27,876 bases of DNA, from contig JAXLNO010000326.1 of assembly GCA_038087875.1 (NCBI GenBank), positions 124,001-151,876 of the forward strand. The letters are read 5' to 3'. Below the pieces are notes generated by a model, which was not told where the DNA came from, ran no database searches, and saw only the letters and a list, made by a program, of their open reading frames with translations. The stretch comes from Malacoraja senta. Lineage: Eukaryota. This document shows, piece by piece, positions 8,172 to 19,933 of this stretch. The translations under genes were made by a program, and so were the position numbers. Numbering within the stretch: the stretch's first letter is position 1; every line of letters begins with the position of its first letter.

Positions 8172-9114
8172 ATTTCTTAACTTTTAAGATAGAGTTGGAG
8201 CTGGTTAAGATGGTGGATTTTCCAGACAGTTACCGAGCTTATCTGTCTGGAATGTGTATTTGAGAACATTGTCCATGTTTCACCTTGAATGAAAAGCTCA
8301 AAGATAAACAAAAGGATGTTGAAGATACTGTATAAGGGACATGGCCGAGATAATATTAATATCTAACTATTATATTCTAATTATAATTAACCAACTAATT
8401 TAACAAATTTAATAATACTAATGATTTGTGAGTGTATGTAGTAAATATGAACAAATCATGAATAAACCATTGCTTATAAATAGTAATTAACCAAAATGTC
8501 TATAACATTACTAACGTTTTTTTCTTGTGTGGGAACGCAACATAAACTTGGAAAAGATCCAGGTATGAGGTTAACCCCTCGGTACCTGCTTGTATGGTAG
8601 TTGGTTAGATAAATTGGAAAGGTATAAATACTTATGGAACTGAGAATATGTTGTGATTTATATTTTTTTATTACTTTTTTTTACTTTTTAATATTTTTTC
8701 TCTGAGTCTTTTTGCTTTTTACTAGTGCTAGTTTGATAAATTTAAATAAGAATAAACAAGATATGAGACGGTCTGTAGTTTTTTACGATGTGTTAATAAG
8801 GGATTGGAGTTCAATGTAAAATAACATCAAGGAAGTCTATAAATGTTTCGCCACCTTAGGTGGCTATTTGTCTTTAAGGTATCTTTTCTTTGATACCTTA
8901 ACTTCACTTTTTTTTTTAAATCACTATATAAATTTGTATTTGCTTAGTTTTTGTGTAACCAATTTTAAATCACAATTTTTCTTGCTTTATCTAAGGTACT
9001 TTTGGAGAAGGAGATGTAATATAAACTTTAAAACTTGGAATGACCACCCCAACGCCCAGAATTCTGAGGTATTTGTTTGCACCATATGATTCAAGAATAC
9101 TACTTTGATATACA

Positions 9115-12100
9115 ATGCAAGACGATAGACAAATAAAGAATGGAGGAATCACACTCTGTAGTTGGAATATAAGTGGTGCCAATGAACCAATAAAGAGGGG
9201 TAAAATTTTTGCTCACCTAAAATCTTTGAAAAGCGACATAATTTACTTGCAAGAAACACACATGAAACAGCAAACACAAATGAGATTAAAGGCGAAGTGG
9301 ATAGGTCAAACATACTATTCATCATTTACTTCTAAATCTAGAGGTACAGCTATTCTTATTCAAAAAGGTATACCTTTTAAATTAAAGAATATATCAGATA
9401 AAGAGGGAAGGTATATCATAGTTTCGGGAGAAATTTATGCTACCCCAATAACTATGATAAATATTTACGCTCCGAATTTTGATAACCCTAAATTTTTTGA
9501 TAAAATTATAGATATAATATTAGAGTTTAATTATCAAAATGTGATAATAGGGGGGGATTTCAACTGTGTTTTAGATCCATACTTAGACAAATCAGTAAAA
9601 CAAAGGAGTAATTTAAAATCTAAGACTAGTGAACTTCTAAATACATATATAAAAAATACTAATATAACAGATGTATGGAGATCTGCTAATCCAGTAGGAA
9701 GGGAATATTCGTTTTACTCTTCGGTCCATAAAACATATTCAAGAATTGATTATTTTTTAGTGGATATGAAATTAATGCCATATACAATTAATCCAACATA
9801 CCATATTAGTAGTATTTATGATCACTCTCCGTTGACTTTTTCAGTAAAATTTGAGGGAATGCCGGGTAAAAACTTTTTTTGGAGGTTTAATACATATATT
9901 TTAAATGGCTTACAGGGTTATCAATACTTAAAACAACAAATGAAATTATTTTTTGAGATAAATGATACACCAGGTACCTCACCTTCTTTATCATGGGAAA
10001 CTTTTAAAGCATTTATTAGAGGAATTATAATTTCATACAAAAATTTTCAAAATAAAAAGAATAAAACAGAACAAATGTTGTTAGAACAAGAAATAAGACA
10101 GTTAGAGTTAGATAATGCTAAAGATTCCACTATAGATAAACATAATAAGATAATATGACTGAAATTTAAACTTAATCGAATTCTCTCGGCAAGAGTAATA
10201 AGATTATTCCAAATTACAAAACAGGAACATTTTGAGTTTGGTGACAAACTACATAAGCTGTTAGCACGCCAACTGAAAAAAACAAGAAAAAGAAAATACT
10301 ATAAATAAAATTAAATCCGAGAATGGTGAATTACTAATACTATCTAAAGATATTAATAAAAGATTTGCTCAATTTTATCAAAATTTATATACATCAAAAA
10401 CTAAAACAGAAGATAGCAAAATTTTTTTTTTTTTAGATAATTGTAATCTCCCAAACCTTGACCTTTTGGAACAAGAGGAACTCGGAGCACAAATAACAAT
10501 CGAAGAAATAGGTGAAACAATAAAATCGTTGAAAAATGGTAAGACACCGTGACCAGATGGTTTTAGTAATGAATTTTATAAAAAATTTCATGAGATAACG
10601 ACTCCCTATTTATTTAATTTATATACTCACGCTTTTAAAGAAAATAAATTACCTGAAACATTAGCAGAATCAACTATCACGCTTATTCCAAAGAAAGATA
10701 AAGATCTAGAGGAACTGGTCTCATATAGAGCTATATCACTTTTAAATACAGATCAGAAAATTTTAGCAAAGAATTTAGCCAGAAGATTAAGCAAATATAT
10801 TAGTAAATTGATAAACCCTGATCAAACGGGGTTTATACCCAAAAGATATTCATTTAATAATTTGAGATGCCTGTTTAATATAATGTACTCACATAAAGTG
10901 GAGGAAGAAGACATATCAATTATTCCTTTGGACGCAGAGAAAGCATTTGATCAGGTAGAATGGCAGTATTTATACAAAGTATTACAAAAAATTATTATGG
11001 GAGAGAATTTTATTACATGGGTGAAATTATTATATGATAAACCGATGGCAAGAATATTAACTAACAGTATGTTATCTCAAAAATTTCAATTATCAAGGGG
11101 TAATAGGCAGGGGCGTGCTTTATCACCCCTGCTATTTGCCCTTATGATAGAACCTTTGGCTGAAAGTATAAGAAGTCATCCGAATATTCAGGGTTATAAT
11201 ACTAGGGTCTTAAATAATAAAATTTCATTATATGCAGACGATATTCTGTTATATATAACAAACTCACAAATGAGCATACCAAATTTATTAAACATAATAG
11301 AAGAATTTGGGTCCTTTTCTGGATATAGAATAAATTGGAACAAAAGTGAAATCATGACGTTAAAATCTCAAGAATCCACACACTTACTGAAGTTCCCCTT
11401 TAAAATAGCAACAGAAAAATTTAAATATCTGGGTATTCAGATTACTAGAAAACATAAAGCTTTATTCAATGCCAATTTTATACCTTTAATAAATAAACTT
11501 AATATAATGATTAAATTTTGGAAAACACTTCCTTTATCATTAATAGGTAGAATAAACGCTACAAAAATGATCTTTCTACCACAGTTATTATACCTATTTC
11601 AGTCTATACCAGTATATGTACCAAAATATGTTTTTTCTAAATTAAACTCTAATATTACTAACTTTGTTTGGGACTATAAATCACATAGAATTAAAAAAGA
11701 ACACTTATGTAAACCAAAAGATGTCGGGGGAATTTCACTCCCGAATTTTCTGTATTACTATTGGGCAATCCATATTAAGAATATAATTTACTGGTTGGAT
11801 AGTTCAACCCAACAGACAGAATGGATAAAAATGGGGAAAGAGGATTGTTACCCTTGTAATATAGGAACGATCCTCTTCTCCTCGAAAAAAATGAACAATG
11901 CAATATATAAGAAGAACCCAATTATACAAGATACAATAAGAATATGGAAACAAATAAAATTATCCTTAAAATTAAGAAACCTATCATTGTTAACACAGAT
12001 AGTGAATAATCCTTTATTTAAACCATCTCTTATGGACAAAATATATAATCAATGGGAAAGTTTAGGAATTAAAAGGATCGGGGACATGTATGAAATGGGA

Positions 12101-12880
12101 GATTTACTATCATTTCAACAATTACAATTAAAATTTTAATTGAAAAACAATCATTATTTTAAATATTTTCAGATTTGCAATTTCTTGAAGACATACATAC
12201 AAGGATATCAAAAAATATTTCCTGATTTATTGGAAGAGGTAATGAATATTAAAGCTGATACACAAAAATTAATATCATATTTATATAATAGTATTTTAAA
12301 TATAGATTTACCTGCGACAGAGGTAATTAGAGAAGAGTGGGAACGGGAATTAATTGTAAAAATTACGAAGGTTACATGGGAAACGTATTTGACATACATT
12401 CACAAATGTTCGATTAATGCAAGACATAATCTAATTCAATTTAAAACTTTACAAAGATTATATTACTCAAAAACAAGATTAAATACATTTTACCCAAATA
12501 TATCCCCCACTTGCGATAAATGTTTAACCCAAGATGCAACTATAACACACTCTTTTGTTTCCTGTATAAAACTTTATAGATTTTGGAGTGATATTCACAA
12601 AATTATTTAAGATTAAAATGGAACCTAATAATGAATTGATTATATTTGGGGTAATGGAAGATGGTAATAAATTGAATCCATCTCAAAAATTATTTTTTAA
12701 TTATGGTTTAATAATAGCAAAAAAATTAATATTGAAATTTTGGAAAAATACACCAATACCAACGCTTAAAATGTGGATTGCAAGTATGTTGGACACCGCA
12801 CATCTTGAGGTAATGCGATTCCTCCTAATAGATAAATTTGACCAATTCACAACGAGTTGGTCTCCATTTATCGTCTTTTT
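9115..12880 (+). pseudogene. L1 ORF2p (APE endonuclease, reverse transcriptase, Cys-rich domain), disrupted
   Basis: SWNISG, LQETH, GGDFN, SRIDYF, DHSP; DAEKAFD, RQG..LSPLLF, YADD; CDKC..HSFVSC. Stops at 10156, about 10550 and 12137; frameshifts near 10280 and 12600. Confidence 0.95.
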
Positions 12881-13578
12881 GGTCACGGTTAGGAAGGGCA
12901 AGGGGCAGAGGCAGGGACTAGTGAGTACCCCGGTGGCTGTACACCTTGAAAATAAGTACTCCTGTTTGAGTACTGTTGAGGGGGACAGCCTTCCTGCGGG
13001 TAGCAACAGCGGCCGGGCCTCCGGCACAGAGACCAGCCCTGTTGCTCAGAAGGGTAGGGAAAAGAAGAGGAGGGCAATAGTAATAGGGGACTCTATGGTT
13101 AGGGGGTCGGATAGGCGATTCTGTGGACGCAGTCAGGAGACCGGATGGTAGTTTGCCTTCCTGGTGCCAGGGTCAGGGATGTGTCTGAACGCGTCCAAGA
13201 TATCCTGAAATCGGAGGGAGAGGAGCCTGAGGTTGTGGTACATATAGGTACCAATGACATAGGTAGAAAAAGAGAAGAGGTCTTGAAAGGAGAATTTACG
13301 GAGTTGGGAGGAGAGTTAATGAGAAGGACTACAAAGGTAACAATCTCAGGATTACTACCTGTACCACGCGACGGTGAGAGTAGGAATGGAGTGAGGTGGA
13401 GGATAAATGCGTGGCTGAGGAACTGGTGCAGCGGGCAGGGATTCAAATTTCTGGATCATTGGGACCTTTTTGGGGAAGGTGTGACCTGTACAGAAAGGAC
13501 GGGTTGCACTTGAACCCGAGGGGGACCAATATCCTGGCGGGGAGATTTGCAAAGGCTACTGGGGAGACTTTAAACTAG
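12881..13578 (+). pseudogene. CR1 ORF1 C-terminal SGNH/GDSL esterase-like domain, frameshifted
   Basis: VIGDSMVR, CLPGARV, VHIGTND and DGLHLN are spread over ORFs 12588-13151, 13145-13513 and 13396-13578. Confidence 0.9.
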
Positions 13579-13583
13579 AACGG

Positions 13584-16101
13584 TTGGGGGGAGGGACTCA
13601 AATAGAGAAAGCTAGTGGAAAATGTGGGAGGCAGGAGGCAGAGAAGGGAAGCACTCGGACCCAAAATGTAGGGGAGAAAGAAGAAAAAGATAATAAACAG
13701 AGAATAAGTGGTGGTGGGTTTCTTAAATGTGTATATTGTAATGCTAGGAGCATTGTAAGAAAGGTGGATGAGCTTAGAGCCTGGATTGACACCTGGAAGT
13801 ATTATGTTGTGGCGATCAGTGAAACATGGTTGCAGGAGGGCTGTGATTGGCAAATAAATATTCCAGGATTTCGTTGCTTCAGGGGTGATAGAATTGGAGG
13901 GGCAAGAGGTGGGGGTGTTGCATTGCTTGTCAAGGAAGATATTACAGCAGTGCTTTGGCAGGATAGATTAGAGGGCTCGTCTAGGGAGGCTATTTGGGTG
14001 GAACTGAGAAATGGGAAAGGTGTAGCAACACTTATAGGGGTGTATTATAGACCGCCAAATGGGGAGCGAGAATTGGAAGAGCAAATATGTAAGGAGATAG
14101 CAGATATTAGTAGTAAGCACAAGGTAGTGATTGTGGGAGATTTCAATTTTCCACACATAGACTGGGAAACACATTCTGTAAAAGGGCTGGATGGTTTGGA
14201 GTTTGTAAAATGTGTGCAAGATAGTTTTTTGCAGCAATACATAGAGGTACCTACTAGAGAAGGGGCAGTGCTGGACCTCCTGTTAGGAAATGAGACAGGG
14301 CAGGTGGCGGAGGTATGCGTCGGGGAGCACTTCGGGTCCAGTGATCACAATACCATTAGTTTCAATATAATTATGGAGAGGGTCAGAACTGGACCTAGGG
14401 TTGAGATTTTTGTTTGGAGAAAGGCTAACTTTGAGGAGATGCGAAAGGATTTAAAAGGAGTGAATTGGGGCATGTTGTTTTATGGGAAGGATGTAGAAGA
14501 AAAATGGACGACATTTAAGGGTGAAATTTTAAGAGTACAGAATCTTTATGTCCCTGTTCGGTTGAAAGGAAATAGTAAAAAATGGAAAGAGCCATGGTTT
14601 TCAAGGGAATTTGGACACGGTTCGGAAAAAGAGAGAGATCTACAATAATTATAGGCAGCATGGAGTAAATGAGGTGCTTGAGGAGTATAAAGAATGTAAA
14701 AAGAATATTAAGAAAGAAATTAGAAAAGCTAAAAGAAGATATGAGGTTGCTTTGGCAAGTAAGGTGAAAGTAAATCCAAAGGGTTTCTACAGCTATATTA
14801 ATAGCAAAAGGATAACAAGGAATAAAATTGGTCCATTAGAGAGTCAGAGTGGACAGCTATCTGCAGAGCCAAAAGAGATGGGGGAGATATTGAACAATTT
14901 CTTTTCTTCGGTATTCACGAAGGAGAAGGATATGGAATTATGTGAGGTAAGGGAAACAAGCAGAGTAGCAATGGAAACTGTGAGATTCAAAGAAGAGGAG
15001 GTGCGAACACTTTTGAAAAATATGAAAACGGATAAGTCTCCAGGTCCTGACAGGATATTCCCTAGGACATTGAGGGAAGTTAGTGTAGAAATAGCAGGGG
15101 CTATGACAGAAATATTTCAAATGTCATTAGAAACGGGAATAGTGCCGGAGGATTGGTGTACTGCGCATGTTGTTCCGTTGTTTAAAAAGTGTTCGAAGAG
15201 TAAACCTAGCAATTATAGACCTGTTAGTTTGACGTCAGTGGTGGGCAAATTAATGGAAAGGATACTTAAAGATAATATATATAAGCATCTGGATAAGCAG
15301 GGTCTGATTAGGAACAGTCAACATGGATTTGTGCCTGGAAGGTCATGCTTGACTAAACTTCTTGAATTTTTCGAAGAGGTTACTAGGGAAATTGATGAGG
15401 GTAAAGCAGTGGATGTTGTCTATATGGACTTCAGTAAGGCCTTTGACAAGGTTCCTCATGGAAGGTTGGTTAAGAAGATTCAACTGTTGGGTATTAATGG
15501 TGGAGTAGCAAGATGGATTCAACAGTGGCTGAATGGGAGATGCCAGAGAGTAATGGTGGATGGCTGTTTGTCAGGTTGGAGGCCGGTGATTAGTGGGGTG
15601 CCTCAGGGGTCTGTGTTGGGTCCACTGTTGTTTGTCATGTACATCAATGATCTGGATGATGGTGTGGAAAATTGGATTAGTAAGTATGCAGATGATACTA
15701 AGATAGGTGTTGTTGTGGTTACAGAGAAAGGTTGAACAAGTTAGGTCTTTATTCTTTGGAGCGCAGAAGGTTAAGAGGGGACTTGATAGAGGTCTTTAAA
15801 ATTATGAGCGGGTTAGACAGAGTGGACGTGGATAAGCTTTTCCCATTGAGAGTAGGGAAGATTCAAACAAGGGGACATGACTTGAGAATTAAGGGACAGA
15901 AGTTTAGGGGGAACATTAGGGGGAACTTCTTTACTCAGAGAGTGGTAGCTGTGTGGAATGAGCTTCCAGTGGAAGTGGTGGAGGCAGGTTCGATGTTATC
16001 CTTTAAAAATAGATTGGATGGGTATATGGACGGGAAAGGAATGGAGGGTTATGGTCTGAGTGCAGGTAGATGGGACTAGGGGGAAGTATTTTATTTTTAA
16101 T

Positions 16102-16132
<31 letters not shown>

Positions 16133-17016
16133 TTAAATGTTCGGCACGGACTTGAAGGGCCGCGATGGCCTGTTTTCGTGCTGTTATGGTTATATGGTTA
16201 TATATGGTTAATGAAGTAGATTTTCAAAGTCTACAGAGAGATTTAGGCCATTTGGAAGAGTGGGCTGAAAGATGGCAGATGGAGTTTAATGCTGACAAAT
16301 GTGAGGTGCTACATCTCGGCACGACAAATCAAAATAGGACGTACACGGTAAATGGTAGCGAATTGAGGAATGCAGTTGAACAGAGGGATCTAGGAATAAC
16401 TGTGCATAGTTCCCTGAAGGTGGAATCTCATGTAGATAGGATGGTAAAGAAAGCTTTTGGTGTGCTGGCCTTTATAAATCAGAGCATTGAATATAGAAGT
16501 TGGGATGTAATGTTAAAATTGTACAAGGCATTGGTGAGGCCAATTCTGGAGTATGGAGTACAATTTTGGTCGCCTAATTATAGGAAGGATGTCAACAAAA
16601 TAGAGAGAGTACAGAGGAGATTTACTAGAATGTTGCCTGGGTTTCAGCAACTAAGTTACAGAGAAAGGTTGAACAAGTTAGGTCTTTATTCTTTGGAGCG
16701 CAGAAGGTTAAGAGGGGACTTGATAGAGGTCTTTAAAATTATGAGCGGGTTAGACAGAGTGGACGTGGATAAGCTTTTCCCATTGAGAGTAGGGAAGATT
16801 CAAACAAGGGGACATGACTTGAGAATTAAGGGACAGAAGTTTAGGGGGGACATTAGGGGGAACTTCTTTACTCAGAGAGTGGTAGCTGTGTGGAATGAGG
16901 TTCCAGTGGAAGTGGTGGAGGCAGGTTCGATGTTATCATTTAAAAATAGATTGGATGGGTATATGGACGGGAAAGGAATGGAGGGTTATGGTCTGAGTGC
17001 AGGTAGATGGGACTAG
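13584..17016 (+). pseudogene. CR1 ORF2 (endonuclease plus RT), with one frameshift near 14610 and an insertion at 15718-16210
   Basis: NARSI, SETWL, GDFN, SDHN; KSPGPD, NYRPVSLT, DFSKAFD, GVPQGSVLGP, YADDTK. Resumes NEVDFQSLQRDL after 16210 and ends at TAG 17016. Confidence 0.95.
15718..16210 (+). mobile_element. ~490-bp 3' CR1 fragment nested in the RT of the same CR1 family
   Basis: Near-identical to 16655-17133 (3 substitutions in about 360 coding bp). Has its own stop codon, 3' hairpin and TATGGTTA tail. Confidence 0.95.
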
Positions 17017-17370
17017 GGGGAAGTATTTATTTTTAATTTAAAAAAAAAATGTTTTAAATGTTCGGCACGGACTTGAAGGGCCGAGATGGCCTGTTTCCGT
17101 GCTGTTATGGTTATATGGTTATATGGTTATATGGTGCAACACAATTGCAAAAGCTAACTCGTGACTGGGCGAGGGATGGTCAAGATTATAAATAAGATCT
17201 CCTTACTTCTTTTTTCTTTTTTTTCCCTTTTCTTCTTTTATTCTCTTTTTCCTATTTTCTATTCTTTAACTTTCTTCTTTCACTCTCTATTTATCTTTTC
17301 CACACACTATATATCTCACATTTTTCTATTTTTCATTATCTAACTTATTTTTCTTTTTCTTCTTTATTAT

Positions 17371-17974
17371 AGAGAGGTTCTTCTGCAGTTGTATAGGGCT
17401 CTGGTAAGACCACATCTGCAGTATTGTGTACAGTTTTGGTCTCCTAACTTGAGGAATGACATCCTTGTGATTGAGACAGTCCAGCGTAGGTTCACGAGAT
17501 TGATCCCTGGGATGGCGGGACTATCATATGAGGAAAGATTGAAAAGACTAGGCTTGTATTCACTAAAGTTTAGAAGGATGAGGGGGATCTTTAGGAAACA
17601 TATAAAATTATAAAAGGACTGGACAAGCTAGATGCAGGAAAAATGTTCCCAATGTTGGGCGAGTCCAGAACCAGGGGCCACAGTCTTAGAATAAAGGGGA
17701 GGTCATTTAAGACTGAGGTGAGAAAACACTTTTTCACCCAGAGAGTTGTGAATTTATGGAATTCCCTGCCACAGAGGGCAGTGGAGGCTAAATCACTGGA
17801 TGGATTTAAGAGAGAGATAGATAGAGCTCTCGGGGCTAGTGGAATCAAAGGATATGGGGAGAAGGCAGGCACGGGTTATTGATTGGGGACGATCAGCCAT
17901 GATCACAATGAATGGCGGTGCTGGCTTGAAGGGCCGAATGGCCTCCTCCTGCACCTATTTTCTATGTTTCTATA
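17371..17974 (+). mobile_element. 5'-truncated CR1 (different subfamily) with 3' UTR and (TTTCTATG)n-type tail
   Basis: [28 protein letters not shown] and FFTQRVVNLWNSLP. Ends GCACCTATTTTCTATGTTTCTATA. Confidence 0.93.
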
Positions 17975-17975
17975 T

Positions 17976-18200
17976 TGACACACGCACTAATCAAGAGTCT
18001 GGCAAGCTCCGCCTTAAAAATATCCTGACTTGGGCTCCACTGCCGTCTGTGGCAATGAATCCCGCAGATTCACCACCTCTGGTTCAAGAAATTGCTCATC
18101 ATCTCCATTCTAAAACGTCTTATTCTGAAACTGTGTCCTAGACTCTCCCACTGGTGGAGACATCCTCTCCACATCCAGTCTATCCAGGCCTTTCACTATT
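17976..18200 (-). mobile_element. Older degraded CR1 fragment
   Basis: Collinear with 1585-1800 (CTCCACTGCCGTCTGTGGCAATGAATCCCGCAGATTCACCAC...GACTCTCCCAC...TCTATCCAGGCCTTT), with deletions. Confidence 0.75.
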
Positions 18201-18239
18201 TGATGAGGTGTGGATGGTGCTGAGGGGATTCATGAGAAT

Positions 18240-18550
18240 GGAGGGGATATAGAGAGGGTTCAGGAGAGTGGAGAGGGTGCACCGAGGGTTCAAGTGGGCA
18301 GGGCTGTGGCGTGGAGGGTGCAGAGCAGAACAGGGGAGGAGAGAGGGTGCAGCGAGGGTTCAAGTGGGCAGGGCTGGGGCGTGGAGGGTGCAGAGTGGGC
18401 ACAGGAGAGTGGAGAGGGTGCAGTGGGTTCAGGTGGGCGGGGCTGGGGCGTGGAGGGTGCAGAGAGGGTTCAGGTGGGCAGGGCTGGGTCATGGAGGGTA
18501 CAGAGCAGGAACAGGAGAGCAGAGAGGGTGCAGAGAGAGTTCAGGAAGGT
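18240..18550 (+). repeat. G-rich composite minisatellite (~41-bp and ~29-bp subunits)
   Basis: GAGGGTTCARGTGGGCAGGGCTGGGGCGTGGAGGGTGCAGA occurs 4 times, alternating with CAGGAGAGTGGAGAGGGTGCA-like subunits. Confidence 0.88.
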
Positions 18551-18589
18551 GGGGACAGTGTGGGTGAGTGTTGCAAATAGTGAAAATCT

Positions 18590-19050
18590 AACGTGCTGAA
18601 GCGAGCTGGATGACGTCACAATGCCTCTGCTCCTCGCGGCTAGCTGCGCAGAGGTTTCAAACACGCAGCCGGCTGGCCACTCGATTCCACGAGCTCCGAG
18701 TTACATGGCCCAGCCTCCCTCCCCTCCCTCCCCCCCCCCCACGGCTCTGGATTGAAGCCGCTAACACGTGCTCAAGTCATGCTGCGCGTTCCGCTGGGCT
18801 CCTTGAAATTCTACAACATGGCGGTGGCGGTCGTTATCACAGCGCGAGCGCGGACAAGTGGGGTGGAAAAGTGGCCGTGACGGCCGTCAGAGGGGACGAC
18901 CTCCTCTCCGTCTCCCCCGCCCATTTGTCTGTCATGCTGTTGGGTGGGCTTCCCTCGCGGAAGCCACGATCGGCTGGCCCTCCGCTGCTTTTGACAGTCA
19001 GATCGCTCCAGACCTCGCTCGGGTCCCAGCAAGCTGCCGCCCCGCTCCAC
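18590..19050. promoter_or_regulatory. CpG-rich promoter-like patch
   Basis: Perfect CRE TGACGTCA at 18611-18618, E-box CACGTG at 18765-18770, YY1-type CAACATGGCGG at 18814-18824, and many CpGs. Confidence 0.4.
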
Positions 19051-19342
<292 letters not shown>

Positions 19343-19349
19343 TGTTATT

Positions 19350-19933
19350 AGCTGCAGCATTGAATGCAAGTGCAGGGAGGCCTTGATACAAATTTATAGG
19401 GAGCTAATTAAGCCTTAAATTGGAGGAGTGTGTGCAATTCTGATCTCCATACTGTGGGAAGGATGCCTAAGAACTGGAGACGATGCAGAGGAGATTCATC
19501 AGGATATTGCTCAGAATTAATATTTCAATTATCAGCAGACTGGAGTGATTTAAGTCGTCTTCCTTGAAGCTGGGCGGACAGGCAGTGATCAAGAGGTACA
19601 GAATACTATGAGAAAAATAGGGTCAATGGCAAAAATAGTTTTCTCCATAGTAGAGATGGCTAACACCAGGGGGCATCGATTTAATGCGGGGACCTTGAGG
19701 TTTAGAGGATGTTCTTTCAGGAAGAATCTTTCAGCAGTGATGACTGCAGGCTGCGACACACTGCCTGAGGTGGTGTTGGAGGCAGGTACTCTGTCACAAC
19801 ATTGTTGGATGTCCATTCGAACTGTAAATGGATAGTAGGCGACAGACCAAGTGCTCAGAAATGGGATTAGTGTGGAGAAATTGACAGGTGGGGTACGGGT
19901 CAAAGGCTCATTTCTGCACAGAATCTGTTTCTG
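19350..19933 (+). mobile_element. Old, heavily diverged CR1 3' fragment
   Basis: SIECKCREALIQIYRELIKP, ECVQF*SP, MQRRFIR, NTRGHRF and TLPEVVLEAGTL match the CR1 RT C-terminus. Many stops. Confidence 0.8.

Larger units (their letters stand above)
12881..17133 (+). mobile_element. CR1 LINE, 5'-truncated within ORF1, with intact 3' stem-loop and (TTATATGG)n tail
   Basis: ORF1 esterase followed by ORF2 EN/RT. 3' hairpin GGCACGGA..GGGCC-GAGAT-GGCCT..TCCGTGCT at about 17063-17104. Octamer tail at 17105-17133. Confidence 0.95.
6906..17370 (+). mobile_element. Near full-length L1-clade LINE (5' UTR, ORF1, ~940-bp spacer, ORF2, partial 3' UTR), split by a CR1 at 12881-17133 and lacking its poly(A) end
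   Basis: 5' end CTTCCGGTAGCGCCATGG; ORF1 and ORF2 motifs (see the next two features). ORF2 breaks at WSPFIVFL (12880). L1-like sequence resumes at GGTGCAACACAA (about 17133) and runs into a T-rich 3' UTR. Confidence 0.92.

Noticed and set aside
12588..13151. In-frame L1 ORF2 / CR1 ORF1 fusion ORF
   Set aside because: Chance frame match at the insertion junction. The upstream L1 ORF2 has several stops and the esterase is frameshifted at about 13145.
13075..13578. SGNH esterase as a captured host or bacterial enzyme
   Set aside because: An esterase domain is an established part of ORF1 in many CR1-clade LINEs, and it lies in the expected position before ORF2.
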